The notes beneath the pieces are model-generated. The model did not search any database. It was not told the DNA's origin and saw only the letters and a program-made list of their open reading frames with translations. A DNA stretch of 63,946 nucleotides, counting the filler, from Dugesia japonica (taxonomy: Eukaryota): NCBI GenBank assembly GCA_001938525.1. It is 6 parts of 6 records of this genome, joined end to end, with 100 filler letters (N's around TTAATTAATTAA, not from the genome) between each part and the next. Parts side by side here need not be neighbours in the genome. Positions count along the whole stretch, not along the records: positions 21,680 to 30,115 come from MQRL01570568.1; positions 30,216 to 39,570 come from MQRL01638579.1; 4 more parts are not named here. One strand, 5' to 3'. The position numbers and the translations under genes were made by a program. Shown here one piece after another: positions 25,101-34,200 of the stretch (position 1 is its first letter; each line of letters begins with the position of its first letter).

Positions 25101-25707
25101 AAAATATAATAAATTTCCATATATTGGTTTCACAATTCTAGAATATGCTAAAGAAGTTATGTATGATTTTATTTATAATCAATTAGATCCTTTAATTTCT
25201 CAAGATAACTATAAAATTCATTATACAGATACTGATGCAATCTTTTTAGAAATAAAATATAAAGATAATCTTTTAAAATTAGAGAGTTTATTAGGTGACA
25301 ATTTATTTCAAATGAAAGATGAAAAACCTAATTGTGAAATTTTACAAGGTAATTTTATAAAATCTAAATCTTATGCTTATTCTTTTGCCGAACCATGTGA
25401 AAATATTGATTTTGATTCTAGAAATAAAGGTGTTAAGAAAAATAATAAATTATTAATGGATGATTTTGATTTAATATTAAAAGATCCANAGAAAATATTT
25501 TATGGAACAAATTATTCTTTAAAATCTGATAATCATGAAATTGAATTAATATCTCAAAAGAAAATTATATTAATAGGTTATGATGATAAAAGAATAATCG
25601 AAGATAATGGAATTATAACATGGCCACATGGAAATCAATATTTCTGTGTAAAATGTAACACTTGGCATTTAAGATTAGATTTAATAAATAACTTGTTAAC
25701 ATGTTAA
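22177..25707 (+). CDS. polB: Protein-primed family B DNA polymerase with N-terminal C2H2 finger, terminal-protein/OTU-like region and EndoVII/HNH insert
   Basis: Exo I GDFET, Exo II FHN, Exo III YYMKLDV; Pol A YIDENSLYASCM, B KLMLNSFYGK, C YTDTDA; KGVK; YDDKR..PHG; EndoVII CYYC..VRDHNHFTGEFRGFSCNTCN. The true start may be 22195 or 22225; contains N gaps. Confidence 0.96.
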   Translation: MHLTTKMSSLNYLYIKMIPLPLFCKICNRRFLKLSSAKSHFNSLKHKQNVIKFNFKELPGEETIDFEPDIREILNIYKYYEITYLLDSKVEMKLNVDVIYERVREIDVFKKEIKQIIRKYFKSMKQINIRMKVKCKYLKNDIERDLYSSSGNKIITIKTEISNNINEIFNELNKNIEDKEREESGWTFSHILNYVLYLNKYKSKAGATNKKLPFTKPGVINIENKDNKCFLYSILAHKYLYKNPTRENNYKRHLSELNSDFEFPMKIIDIPKFEKLNNLKINVLNVNANKKLEPLYISHFSFKTSVDENKCNLLMYKNHYILCRDLSIFFSRNGNKNYPCLRCMNCYSXXXXXXXXXXXXXXXXXXXXXXXXXXXXXXXXXXMKNKIPFILIGDFETFTNKNNKQKPLSLGIYLHSEHQNLFKSKYYCFTGENIYLKFLKFLDYINNKLNDIKDNKLIKYYIGNPKFNNDLCYYCNNKIITPVRDHNHFTGEFRGFSCNTCNINDLSVKKLFIPFYFHNXXXXXXXXXXXXXXXXXXXXXXXXXXHSSENYISFEYENIRFLDSSRLLPFTTVETMGNLLTSSGIYPILKSYNLKPKKIIFPYEYVKGNNSKEVETLLKSTKLLEKEDFFNTLTQKEISKFEYQEFKIEFKKHDNLWNYLLYYMKLDVLILTDFLENFRVSCLNNILKLDPCYSYSAPGFAWETGTFNANIKLKYSKPETYDLFLIIEQGIRGGFSCVLGERQVFSSNNKFLKYIDENSLYASCMTKSLPTGELVNMSDLIYEPSTQDINFIYEVDLDYPKELHDKTKYFPFCPERINIKSEMLSNYQLNFNKKISKDNIKLTLNQFDKKNYIVLGSTLDLYLKFGMKLVKVHKKIKMITSPWFKDYVLKLIXXRKESKRNKDVFGDYIYKLMLNSFYGKTLENIRNRCNIEIVDSDIKYQRFASKPNFKSSKIFCLNDTNEATVAAINMIKSNLKYNKFPYIGFTILEYAKEVMYDFIYNQLDPLISQDNYKIHYTDTDAIFLEIKYKDNLLKLESLLGDNLFQMKDEKPNCEILQGNFIKSKSYAYSFAEPCENIDFDSRNKGVKKNNKLLMDDFDLILKDPXKIFYGTNYSLKSDNHEIELISQKKIILIGYDDKRIIEDNGIITWPHGNQYFCVKCNTWHLRLDLINNLLTC

Positions 25708-25885
25708 AAAAGCGCCACGCGTGGCGTATTTATTAAGTATAATAATTGATTTTAAGCCAGCCGGCTGGTCGGTTTTAAGATTTTACATGTTAGTATTTGA
25801 TTTTGGGCGGACCGGCGCGCCGGTTTTAAGTATAATATGTTATATTTTAAGATTTTACATGTTAAAATCGGTCGCGCGCGACCGA
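25696..25885. promoter_or_regulatory. Intergenic array of perfect palindromes
   Basis: TTAACATGTTAA 25696-25707, CGCCACGCGTGGCG 25713-25726, CCAGCCGGCTGG 25757-25768, ACCGGCGCGCCGGT 25811-25824, TCGGTCGCGCGCGACCGA 25868-25885. Function is inferred. Confidence 0.7.
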
Positions 25886-25924
25886 ATTATTAAGTTTTCT
25901 TTAAATATTATTATTAATAAATAG

Positions 25925-26451
25925 ATGACAGATAATCCAACAGAAGAAGAATTAGAAAGAATTGTTAATTCTAAAAAATGTAAATCTGTAAAGATCAATA
26001 ATAAAAATTATTATATTTCTAAAAAAGTTAAAGATGAATTAAAAAAACAACCAAAAGATGGTGGATTTGCATTCTTAGCTGCCATTCCATGGGTAATTGG
26101 TGCTTTAGCAAGTTCAGCTGGAGTTGCATCAGGAATTGCAAATACAGTTGCAAATTCTAGAGATGCTATTAAAAAACAAAAAGAAACAGAATTAATTGAA
26201 TTACAGAAACAAGAACTTATTAAAAAAATGCTCCACCAGTAGCAGTAACTCCAGCAGTAACAACTCCAGCAACTGGATCTGGTATTTTTTTAAATCCATA
26301 TCAAGGCAATGCATTACATAAATATTTAAAAAATATAATTTCAGATTCAGATTTAAAACTATTAACTAAAAATTTTAAAGGTGGCATTGAAATCACTAAA
26401 AATGGAAATGGTATCTATTTAAATCCTTATAAAAATAGTGAAACCCCATAA
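25925..26451 (+). CDS. Putative virion core/membrane-active precursor with adenain-type Gly sites (frameshift at A7 26222-26228)
   Basis: KDGG|FAFLAAIPWVIGALASSAGVASGIA hydrophobic segment. The -1 frame after the A7 run continues APPVAVTP..TGSGIFLNPYQG...NGNGIYLNPYK to TAA 26451. Confidence 0.75.
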
Positions 26452-26459
26452 AGGAGATA

Positions 26460-27515
26460 ATGAATTGTAAAGTACATGAAAGAATTAAATTATTAAAATC
26501 ATTAGTTAAATCTCAAAAGAAATATAGTAAATTTTTTTGTCCAGAATCTAGAATAATAGAACCTAGAATTGAAGAACCTATAATAGAACCTGTAAGAGAA
26601 CCAATGATAGATCTAATAAATGAACCAATAATAGAACCAATAATAGAACCTGTAAGAGAACCTGTAAGAGAACCTGTAAGAGAACCTGTAAGAGAACCTA
26701 TAAGAGAACGTAAAAAACCACCTACAGCAATAGAAAAATTAATAGTGACATTAAAAGATAAAAAAGAAAAAAACCAAAAAGAATTTAATGATAATTATAC
26801 AGAACAAGATGTTGATGAAGTCTTAACACAAGAAAATGTAACATCAACACATTTATTATTATTAAATGGAGACATAGATGAAAAATTAACAGAAGCAACA
26901 AAACCTATTATAGAAGATATAAGAGTTCGTTTTAAAAAAATTATTACAATTAAATTTCCATTAAATGCTAATTTGGTTTATATATTTAAATTAAATGGAA
27001 AAGAACATTATTATTATAAAACAAAAGTGTTTCCTTTTTATCTTAGTTGTAAATATGTAATTATGGGAAATAGATATATGATAGATAAAAAAGATCCCAG
27101 AACAATAGAGTTTATTTTATTATATGTAACTGAACTGACAGGAATGGGATTAGATTTTGTAAATGATGAATATTGTAATTTTTTATTAACTAAAAGAAAA
27201 GGTAGACCACCTGGCAGTGGAAAGGAAAAAACATTTATTGAAGAAATAGAAGAAATAGATGATGAAAAAGAAATTGAATTAGAAACAGAATATATAGAAC
27301 CAGAACCAGAAACAGGAGAATATTATGGAAAACATGAAGGTTTTGGTGTTGGTCCAATAGATTTATTTGAAAAGTTAACATTATTAATTTCAGCTGTTAA
27401 ATCTGGACATAATAATCTTAATGAAGATATTAAAAAAGTATGTAAACTATTAAAATATCAAGGTTTAATATCTAACAAGATTTATTTAAGATATAAGCTT
27501 AAATATTTTAAATAA
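26460..27515 (+). CDS. Polinton conserved hypothetical protein with EP(V/I)R repeats, AT-hook and C-terminal helical motif
   Basis: 351-aa ORF; KRKGRPPG AT-hook; acidic tract; GFG...PIDLFEKLTLLISAVKSGHNNLNEDIKKVCKLLKYQGLIS resembles the P.EL..RL.LL.AS..AGN...NEI..I...L...G.I motif of Polinton ORFs. Confidence 0.8.
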   Translation: MNCKVHERIKLLKSLVKSQKKYSKFFCPESRIIEPRIEEPIIEPVREPMIDLINEPIIEPIIEPVREPVREPVREPVREPIRERKKPPTAIEKLIVTLKDKKEKNQKEFNDNYTEQDVDEVLTQENVTSTHLLLLNGDIDEKLTEATKPIIEDIRVRFKKIITIKFPLNANLVYIFKLNGKEHYYYKTKVFPFYLSCKYVIMGNRYMIDKKDPRTIEFILLYVTELTGMGLDFVNDEYCNFLLTKRKGRPPGSGKEKTFIEEIEEIDDEKEIELETEYIEPEPETGEYYGKHEGFGVGPIDLFEKLTLLISAVKSGHNNLNEDIKKVCKLLKYQGLISNKIYLRYKLKYFK

Positions 27516-27542
27516 ATATAATTTATATTTTATAATTAATAA

Positions 27543-28220
27543 ATGTCGCATCAATTCTTAGTTGTTGGAAAAGAAAGTGAATTAATAATGGATTTAAAAT
27601 GTCCCATACATTTAGATTCAGAATATGAAATTGGATTGTTATGTTTTAGTGTTTATAATGTTATTTTTAATATTACAAAATTAAATAATAAATTTACTGT
27701 TGAAAATAAAAATTATACATTAGAACTTGGATCTTATGAAGTTAAAGAAATATCAGTAAAATTAAAAACCTATGGAATTGAAGTTACTGCTGATATTACA
27801 ACTGTTAAATCTAACATGAAAACTAAAAAGATATTAACTTTTGATAATGAATCTTTCTTTCATTTGATCCTAGGTTTTAAACCTGGAACTTATCAACCAG
27901 GAGAGTATATATCAGAAAATAAAATTGATATTACAAATATTAATACAATAAATTTAACATGTAATATTGTTCAAGGTAATTATATAAAATCTGAAAAAGG
28001 AGAAACTGAAAATATAAATTTATTACATGCATTTCCAATTAATACGGTTGGTTTAGGATATAAAATACTAGAACGTCCATCACCACCAATTTATTCTAAA
28101 ATTAATACTAATTACATTTCAAGGATAAAATTTAATGTTGTAGATGAACATTTTAATACTATAGATTTTAGTGGTGAAACAATTACAGTTTTAGTTCATT
28201 TAAGAAAATATCGACATTAA
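27543..28220 (+). CDS. Minor capsid protein (penton, single jelly-roll)
   Basis: PIHL...YEIGLL.F..YN.IFNI...NNKF, LELGSYEV..I, LGF, SENKIDI..INTI.L.CNIV.G.Y, LHAF, GYKI.E.P..PIY..I, DE....IDF.GE.I....HLR: the typical Polinton penton pattern. Confidence 0.85.
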   Translation: MSHQFLVVGKESELIMDLKCPIHLDSEYEIGLLCFSVYNVIFNITKLNNKFTVENKNYTLELGSYEVKEISVKLKTYGIEVTADITTVKSNMKTKKILTFDNESFFHLILGFKPGTYQPGEYISENKIDITNINTINLTCNIVQGNYIKSEKGETENINLLHAFPINTVGLGYKILERPSPPIYSKINTNYISRIKFNVVDEHFNTIDFSGETITVLVHLRKYRH

Positions 28221-28672
28221 AATATCAGATTCATTAGTGTTTTCAAAAATATCAGTAATAGGTTTAATAGTTTTAGGTTCAAGTTTAAATTCTGACCAAT
28301 CAAATTCAACATCAGAAAGTTCTAATATTCTTCTCATATTTTTTCGGTTAATGTTTTTTTATTATTTCTATATAATATATAATCTTGTACTTCTTTAAGT
28401 GGAATAATAGGATTTTTCATTCTAAATATAATATGTTTTTTTGATTCATTTAAAATTTTTGTTTCATCATCACTCAAAGGCTTTTTTCCTTTATAATATT
28501 TTTTTAATGTTTTAATTGTTTTAGAATCAAATGAAAAACCGGGGTTTTTTCTTTTAGTATTTATTATTTCTGGGAAACCACCCATTATTTCATCAGGTAA
28601 ATGTTGATAAATTAAACAAGTTTTATAAATATTTTCAAGAGTTTTTAAATTGTAAGGATTTACTGTTGCCAT
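28200..28672 (-). CDS. Hypothetical viral protein (MATVNPYNLK...), split at an A7 run or as two ATGA-coupled ORFs
   Basis: ATG at 28672 in TTAAAATG context; stop at 28334. The -1 frame from A7 (28354-28360) runs NINRKNMRRILELSDVEFDWSEF...SIFS* to 28200. Confidence 0.65.
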
Positions 28673-28699
28673 TTTAAAATATAATATTTTAATGATAGA

Positions 28700-28733
28700 G
28701 TTAAAAAAAGCGCCACGCGTGGCGTATTTATTA
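28700..28733. promoter_or_regulatory. Second copy of the GTTAAAAAA(A)GCGCCACGCGTGGCGTATTTATTA motif, between divergent genes
   Basis: Identical to 25703-25735 apart from A-run length; lies between ATG 28672(-) and ATG 28744(+). Confidence 0.75.
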
Positions 28734-28743
28734 TCTTCAAGAA

Positions 28744-29145
28744 ATGTATAATTTATTAGATTTTTTAAAAACATTTGGAATTCAAACAACAACAAATTTT
28801 GATTTATATTCAATTGCTAACTTTTTAGATCTAAATCTTGAGATTTATATGAAAAATGAAATACCTAAAGAATTAACCGGAAATATTATATTTAATTATC
28901 AAAACTCATATGAAAATGGAACACATTGGACTGCTTTTAAAAAAGGATATTACTTTGATTCTTTTGGTTTAAAACCTTTAGATGAAATAGTGAAGCATGT
29001 CACGAAATATAATGAAATTAAAGTTCAACATTTTGGAACTAATATATGTGGAATCTTGTGTATTTATTTTTTATATAAAATCAACGATAATTTCTCGGAA
29101 ATAATATCTGAAATGAAAGATTTATATGATAATTTAGATAAATAA
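28744..29145 (+). CDS. Adenain-like cysteine maturation protease
   Basis: GTHW (His), YFDSFG (Asp), Q.....ICG..CIYFL (Gln, Cys). Confidence 0.93.
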   Translation: MYNLLDFLKTFGIQTTTNFDLYSIANFLDLNLEIYMKNEIPKELTGNIIFNYQNSYENGTHWTAFKKGYYFDSFGLKPLDEIVKHVTKYNEIKVQHFGTNICGILCIYFLYKINDNFSEIISEMKDLYDNLDK

Positions 29146-29146
29146 A

Positions 29147-30115
29147 ATGAATGTACTCGGACAAAGTATTTTTAATGTGGATACAACACAAATATTAAAA
29201 AATATTAATGCTAAAATTATAATGTCAGAAGCTCAAAATGAAAATAAATATGTAAATGAAACAGGTGACACAATAACATGTTTAAAAATAACAGATGATC
29301 CCAAGGAATCATTTGATGCAGTTAATTTAAAATATATAAAAACCTTAGAAGAAACTAATTTAAAAAACATAAAACAATCAGAACAAATTAATTTAAAAAA
29401 CATAAAGTCTCTTGAAGATAAATTACAAAACATAAAACAATCAGAAGAAATTAATTTAAAAAACTTAAAAACCTTAGAAGAAGTTAATTTAAAAAACATA
29501 AAGTCTCTTGAAAATAACATAAAAACCTTAGAAGATAAATTAAAAGAAACTAATTTAAAAAACATAAAACAATCAGAAGAAGTTAATTTAAAATATATAA
29601 AAACCTTAGAAGATAAATTACAGAAACATGAAATTATTTTCAGTAGATTATTAAAAGTTGACAGTTTCACAGTTAACAAATTATATTTAGAATCTAAAAT
29701 CACTGAACTTAAAACTTTAAATGTAGATATTTCAGGTTTAAATCTTAAAATTCAAAAATTAACAAAGAACTGTAACCAAGAAACATTTGACAATATCAAT
29801 TCCGACATAAAAAGATTAAAATTAGAACTATTTCCATATAAAAGAAGTGATTTAATTATTTATTTAAATAAATTAGATTCTCTTGATTCATTGAAAATTA
29901 AAAATGAAATTGAAATGTTAAATAAAAGAATTAACAAATTACATGCTGATATAAATGTAAAAACATTTGATACTTATATCATCTCTATTGATAAACTTAA
30001 AATTTATATAGAAAAAATTAAACCATTGATTTTAAAATTCGCAGAAGATATTGAAAAAGTAAATCCAAAACAACATAAAATATATTCTGATAAAATTAAT
30101 AATTTATTTAAAAAA
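29147..30115 (+). CDS. Putative fibre/coiled-coil virion protein (3' truncated)
   Basis: YVNETGDT...DPKESFDAVNLKYI fibre-like motif, then 11-aa repeats (NLKNIKQSEEI / NLKYIKTLEED-like). Confidence 0.7.
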
Positions 30116-30215
30116 NNNNNNNNNNNNNNNNNNNNNNNNNNNNNNNNNNNNNNNNNNNNTTAATTAATTAANNNNNNNNNNNNNNNNNNNNNNNNNNNNN
30201 NNNNNNNNNNNNNNN
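30116..30215. other. Artificial contig spacer
   Basis: N44-TTAATTAATTAA-N44. Confidence 0.97.
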
Positions 30216-31081
30216 AAATAAAGCATGAAAAGCAATTCGGTTGTTAAAATTATTGTAATGCAATATGTTTATAATAATATTATATAAAGTTTCATTTTAA
30301 AAAAATTGAAATTGAATCGCTGTTTCTTTTTTTTTACCAACTAGTTTAGTAGTCACAAATAAAGTTATAGAAATAGAAGAGAATATAGATTAAAGAATAT
30401 AGTTAAAGTTGCAAAACATGCGAATTAAGAATTCCAGCAAATTTTATTCGCCACTAAGTCATCTCACTATAGAGCTCTTTTTCTGAAATTAGCAGAATCA
30501 TTCAATTGTATGTTCAAAATCTGCCTTCTTTATTTCAGCAGATATTAAAACCGTACATACGTGTATTGCACAAAGTCAAAAAATGTAATTGAATGTTGTA
30601 GCTACGTTTCATTGCGGTAAATTTTAATCAATATTTATTATTGTATGAATCTCGATTATATTGATTATATTTATACTATATTACTGACATAAACTTCAGC
30701 AGATGGCAGTCGTTGGTGTTGCAGTTAGTTGCAAATAAGTTCGATGTTGTTTTCCGTAAAGTTGAATATTATTAGCTCAATTGAACGAAGCCAATTATTA
30801 ATTAATTACAATAATATACGTTTGTATGAATGCTAAACTATGATATTATAAAATAAATTATTAAATTCAAAATTCACAAATGTTATTTTTTATTTCCAAA
30901 CTTTTCTTCATTAGACTAGGGTCCCTAGACACGCGTCTAATGCGTTTCTGCGTAAACGCGCCACTGTAAATATTTGACAAGTAATATATAAAAAATTAAT
31001 CAAAAAAAATTGATCTAATCTTAAAATGTAGTTATTATTTAAAATTGTTTTATTTGTAAAGAATTTTTAATTCTAATTTAG

Positions 31082-31270
31082 CTTGTTCTAAATGCTGTGA
31101 ATCTGATCAATAACCATATCGAAAAACTCACACCTTTGTCATTACCATCACAATGTGCCAAGGAAATGAATGATTTTATATTACAATGTGTTCATCCTCA
31201 ACCATTAAACAGGCCAAATTTCCATGATATCTGCACTTTTCTTCAAAATAAAATTAACAGATCTGTATAA
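31082..31270 (+). CDS. Terminal exon of a tyrosine kinase (DDR-like subdomains X-XI)
   Basis: TTTAG acceptor; LSLPSQCAKEMNDFILQCVHPQPLNRPNFHDICTFLQ..* fits L..P..C....Y..M..CW......RP.F..I...L. Confidence 0.75.
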   Translation, partial: LVLNAVNLINNHIEKLTPLSLPSQCAKEMNDFILQCVHPQPLNRPNFHDICTFLQNKINRSV

Positions 31271-34200
31271 ATTTTATTCAAAGCTCTGATGAATTAATTA
31301 TTATTGATATATTGTTATCAGTATCATAATTATTAACGTAATTACTTTAATATAACAAAAGAAATCGAACATTTATTTTGTAATTCTTTAAATATTGATA
31401 TTGTATTGATATTTACGAAAGTTGTCACGATTACATTTATTTGTTTCTTTTTTTTATCTCAATTTAATTCATATATTGAAAAGAAAATAATAAACATCAA
31501 TATTATTTCAAGCTTAAAATAAATAAATACGGGATTCATAAAATATGAATGAATGCTTATTACTGTAATTTATTACATAATATTATTACAGTTATTCTTT
31601 GGAAATAAATAATAGAACAGCATTTTTAAAAATATTTATTCGCTGCAATTAATTTTAGCGGAATAACCATCATTATCAGACAATGAAAGAATAATAAAAC
31701 AAACTATTTGTAAAGTTTAAATGACTAAATAATTTCAATTGTGTAATCTCAATAAATAATCAATAAAATAATTTTAAGAGCGATGTTGAATATTCATTTT
31801 AGTATTTAATGCTCTTATTAACAAAGCTTCACACATCACTCTCTCCCAATAATTATCAAATCCACTGAACAAAATTTTAAAAACAGAAAATGCTATTGAT
31901 TTTTCCAATTATATTATTGATTCTTTATATTAAAATAATCTTTACGTGATGATGACGATTTTTCCGTCGAAATTGATTGCAACTTATAAATATTTTAAAA
32001 AATGATATTCTATTATTTACCATTATTTTTTGAGTCTTGAAATCTTAATACAATGGAAAATGTTTTACTTAAAGACATGTTCAAAAGTTTAGTTTTATTT
32101 TATGTCTAAACTTTTAAGAATCAATTAGCAGAATTGATAAGCGTAAAATAATAAAATAAAATACACTAAATGTTCTTGTTACTCGAGTTTATTCTATGCA
32201 AATTGGATTTACTGTGATTCAAAAACTCATTCCTGTCTTTTTTAGTTTTGATTTAACGCTAATTTGATTTAACATAATGATTTGATTTTTTATTTATTTT
32301 TGTTTGTTATTTTAATCTATTTTGTTAAGAAATATAAAACAATATATAATATTTTCCAAAAGAAAATATGTAGTTACATACATTTACAATTTATTTGTTT
32401 GTTAAATAAATAAAGACATTTAATCAAAACATGTGTTGTAAATAAATATACAAATTAATTATTGTCGTGTCTGGTTAATCAGTTTTCGTTTTAGTTTATT
32501 CTTGGTATTACTAAATAATAATAAATTAATATCAATTACAAATTAAAATATATTACTTGTTTTACATTTTTNGTTGGAGGATTCGTTGGTTTTAACATAT
32601 AATAGTTACGAGTGCAAATTACTACATGTTTTTATCATTAGATCTTGTATGGTATCATTTCAATATGTTTGCTGTATTATTTATTTACATTTATTTGCGA
32701 CTAACAGTGAAGTAAACATAACATCTGACGTATTGAATATTCTACATAAATATGAGAAGAACTTCATTTTCNNNNNNNNNNNNNNNNNNNNNNNNNNNNN
32801 NNNNNNNNNNNNNNNNNNNNNNNNNNNNNNNNNNNNNNNNNNNNNNNNNNNNNNNNNNNNNNNGTTTTGCCTCAAAATTCGATCTTCATTAGATGATAAA
32901 GCTTTAGATAAACTAAGTGTTTTACAAACATTTGTTTAGAAAATGTTCATAAACATATTTATTGTGTTTGTATTAATCATTATATTGCTTTTTTATATTT
33001 TCATTTATATTTTTATAATTTGGTTATAAAATAAGTAAATTAAATTGATTGTTGAATTTTCTTTTTGATATTTAAATGTTTACATTAATGTAAATACAAA
33101 CACAAACTAAAAATTCTTATATGCATATATTAAATATATTTTATATTATTTTTTGTAAAGAAATCCATCAATAAATTAAATAGTCGGTAAATTTTCAAGT
33201 GCTAATTTATGATGATTGTGTTGTAATAGTGTAATTCATATTAATCCATACCATTTTTTATTATTTGTTAAATCAACTTTAAATTGAATACGATAGATGT
33301 GTTATATTTGTATTTTTTTAATGTTATACCCTTTACTTTCAAAGAAACTTTAAAACGTTTATGTTTTAAATCATTTATCAATTAGTATTACCGATTTTAT
33401 TATTTTGTGTTGAATCTTTAAAAAATTATTGAAAAAGAGTTACTTGATGACTTCAATTTGATCGATTGTTTATAATTAATTTGATTTGTTGAATAGATTA
33501 CATAATCAGTATTTTAAAATAAAAAATGACAGATGTTCTCTTGAAAAATGTAGAAAAATATATTTTGAAATATTTTTTAAAAGTATTAATTAAAAAAAAC
33601 TGAAATATTATTTGATTTTTTAAATAAATGTTGATAATTCTTTCTTCCTAAGAATTTTATCTTTTAATTCATTAAAAGGCCGTTTTAAAATTAAAATACC
33701 AGTAAATTAACTAGCTACTTCAAAGTTTGTTTAGGTCGATTTAAACCATTGAGAGAAAGAAAGATAAAATCGTAATTAAAATTGATAGAAAAAATAAAAT
33801 GAAGAAATTCCCGTGTAAAATTAAAACAAACTTTATATTTAATACGTTTGAATATAAAGGATTTATTTTAATAAATTTACATTTAATAAATTATCTGTAT
33901 CAATAAATTTAAACAAAAAAAATCATTTTCGCGATATATATAGTTTTCATGATTTAGTGTGAAATTATTAAAATGAAAATTTAACTAAGATATATTTCTT
34001 ATTTTAATTGAATAAATATAATATCAATTAATAAGTAGTATATTTTGTTTATGATTATAATAGAAAATAAAATTTTAAAAATTGGATAAAGTTCTTAGCA
34101 AAATACATAAATTTAGAGCATTTACATTTGATCAACTGTCTAATAGATGAAAGAAAGATATGAGTAGTTTCATTCTTCTCTAATTAATTGATTGAAGCTT

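Larger units (their letters stand above)
21775..30115 (+). mobile_element. Near-intact Polinton/Maverick (adintovirus-like) endogenous virus, left part, truncated by the contig end
   Basis: AG start at a Tc1 junction, subterminal tandem repeats, pPolB, penton, adenain protease, fibre-like ORF; dense intronless coding. Confidence 0.93.

Noticed and set aside
25713-25885. CRISPR-like reading of the spaced palindromes
   Set aside because: The palindromes differ in sequence, spacing is irregular, there are no cas genes, and the context is eukaryotic.
25721-25924. 67-aa GTG-start ORF
   Set aside because: Overlies the palindrome array; non-ATG start and atypical composition.
26450-26462. Shine-Dalgarno-like AAGGAG just before ATG 26460
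   Set aside because: Single instance; the other viral genes lack it and the element is integrated in eukaryotic DNA.
28673-28813. N-terminal 47 aa of ORF 28334-28813
   Set aside because: Non-ATG start, overlaps the protease gene and the palindrome motif; ATG 28672 is the better start.
29233-29703. 156-aa antisense ORF
   Set aside because: Shadow of the repetitive fibre gene.
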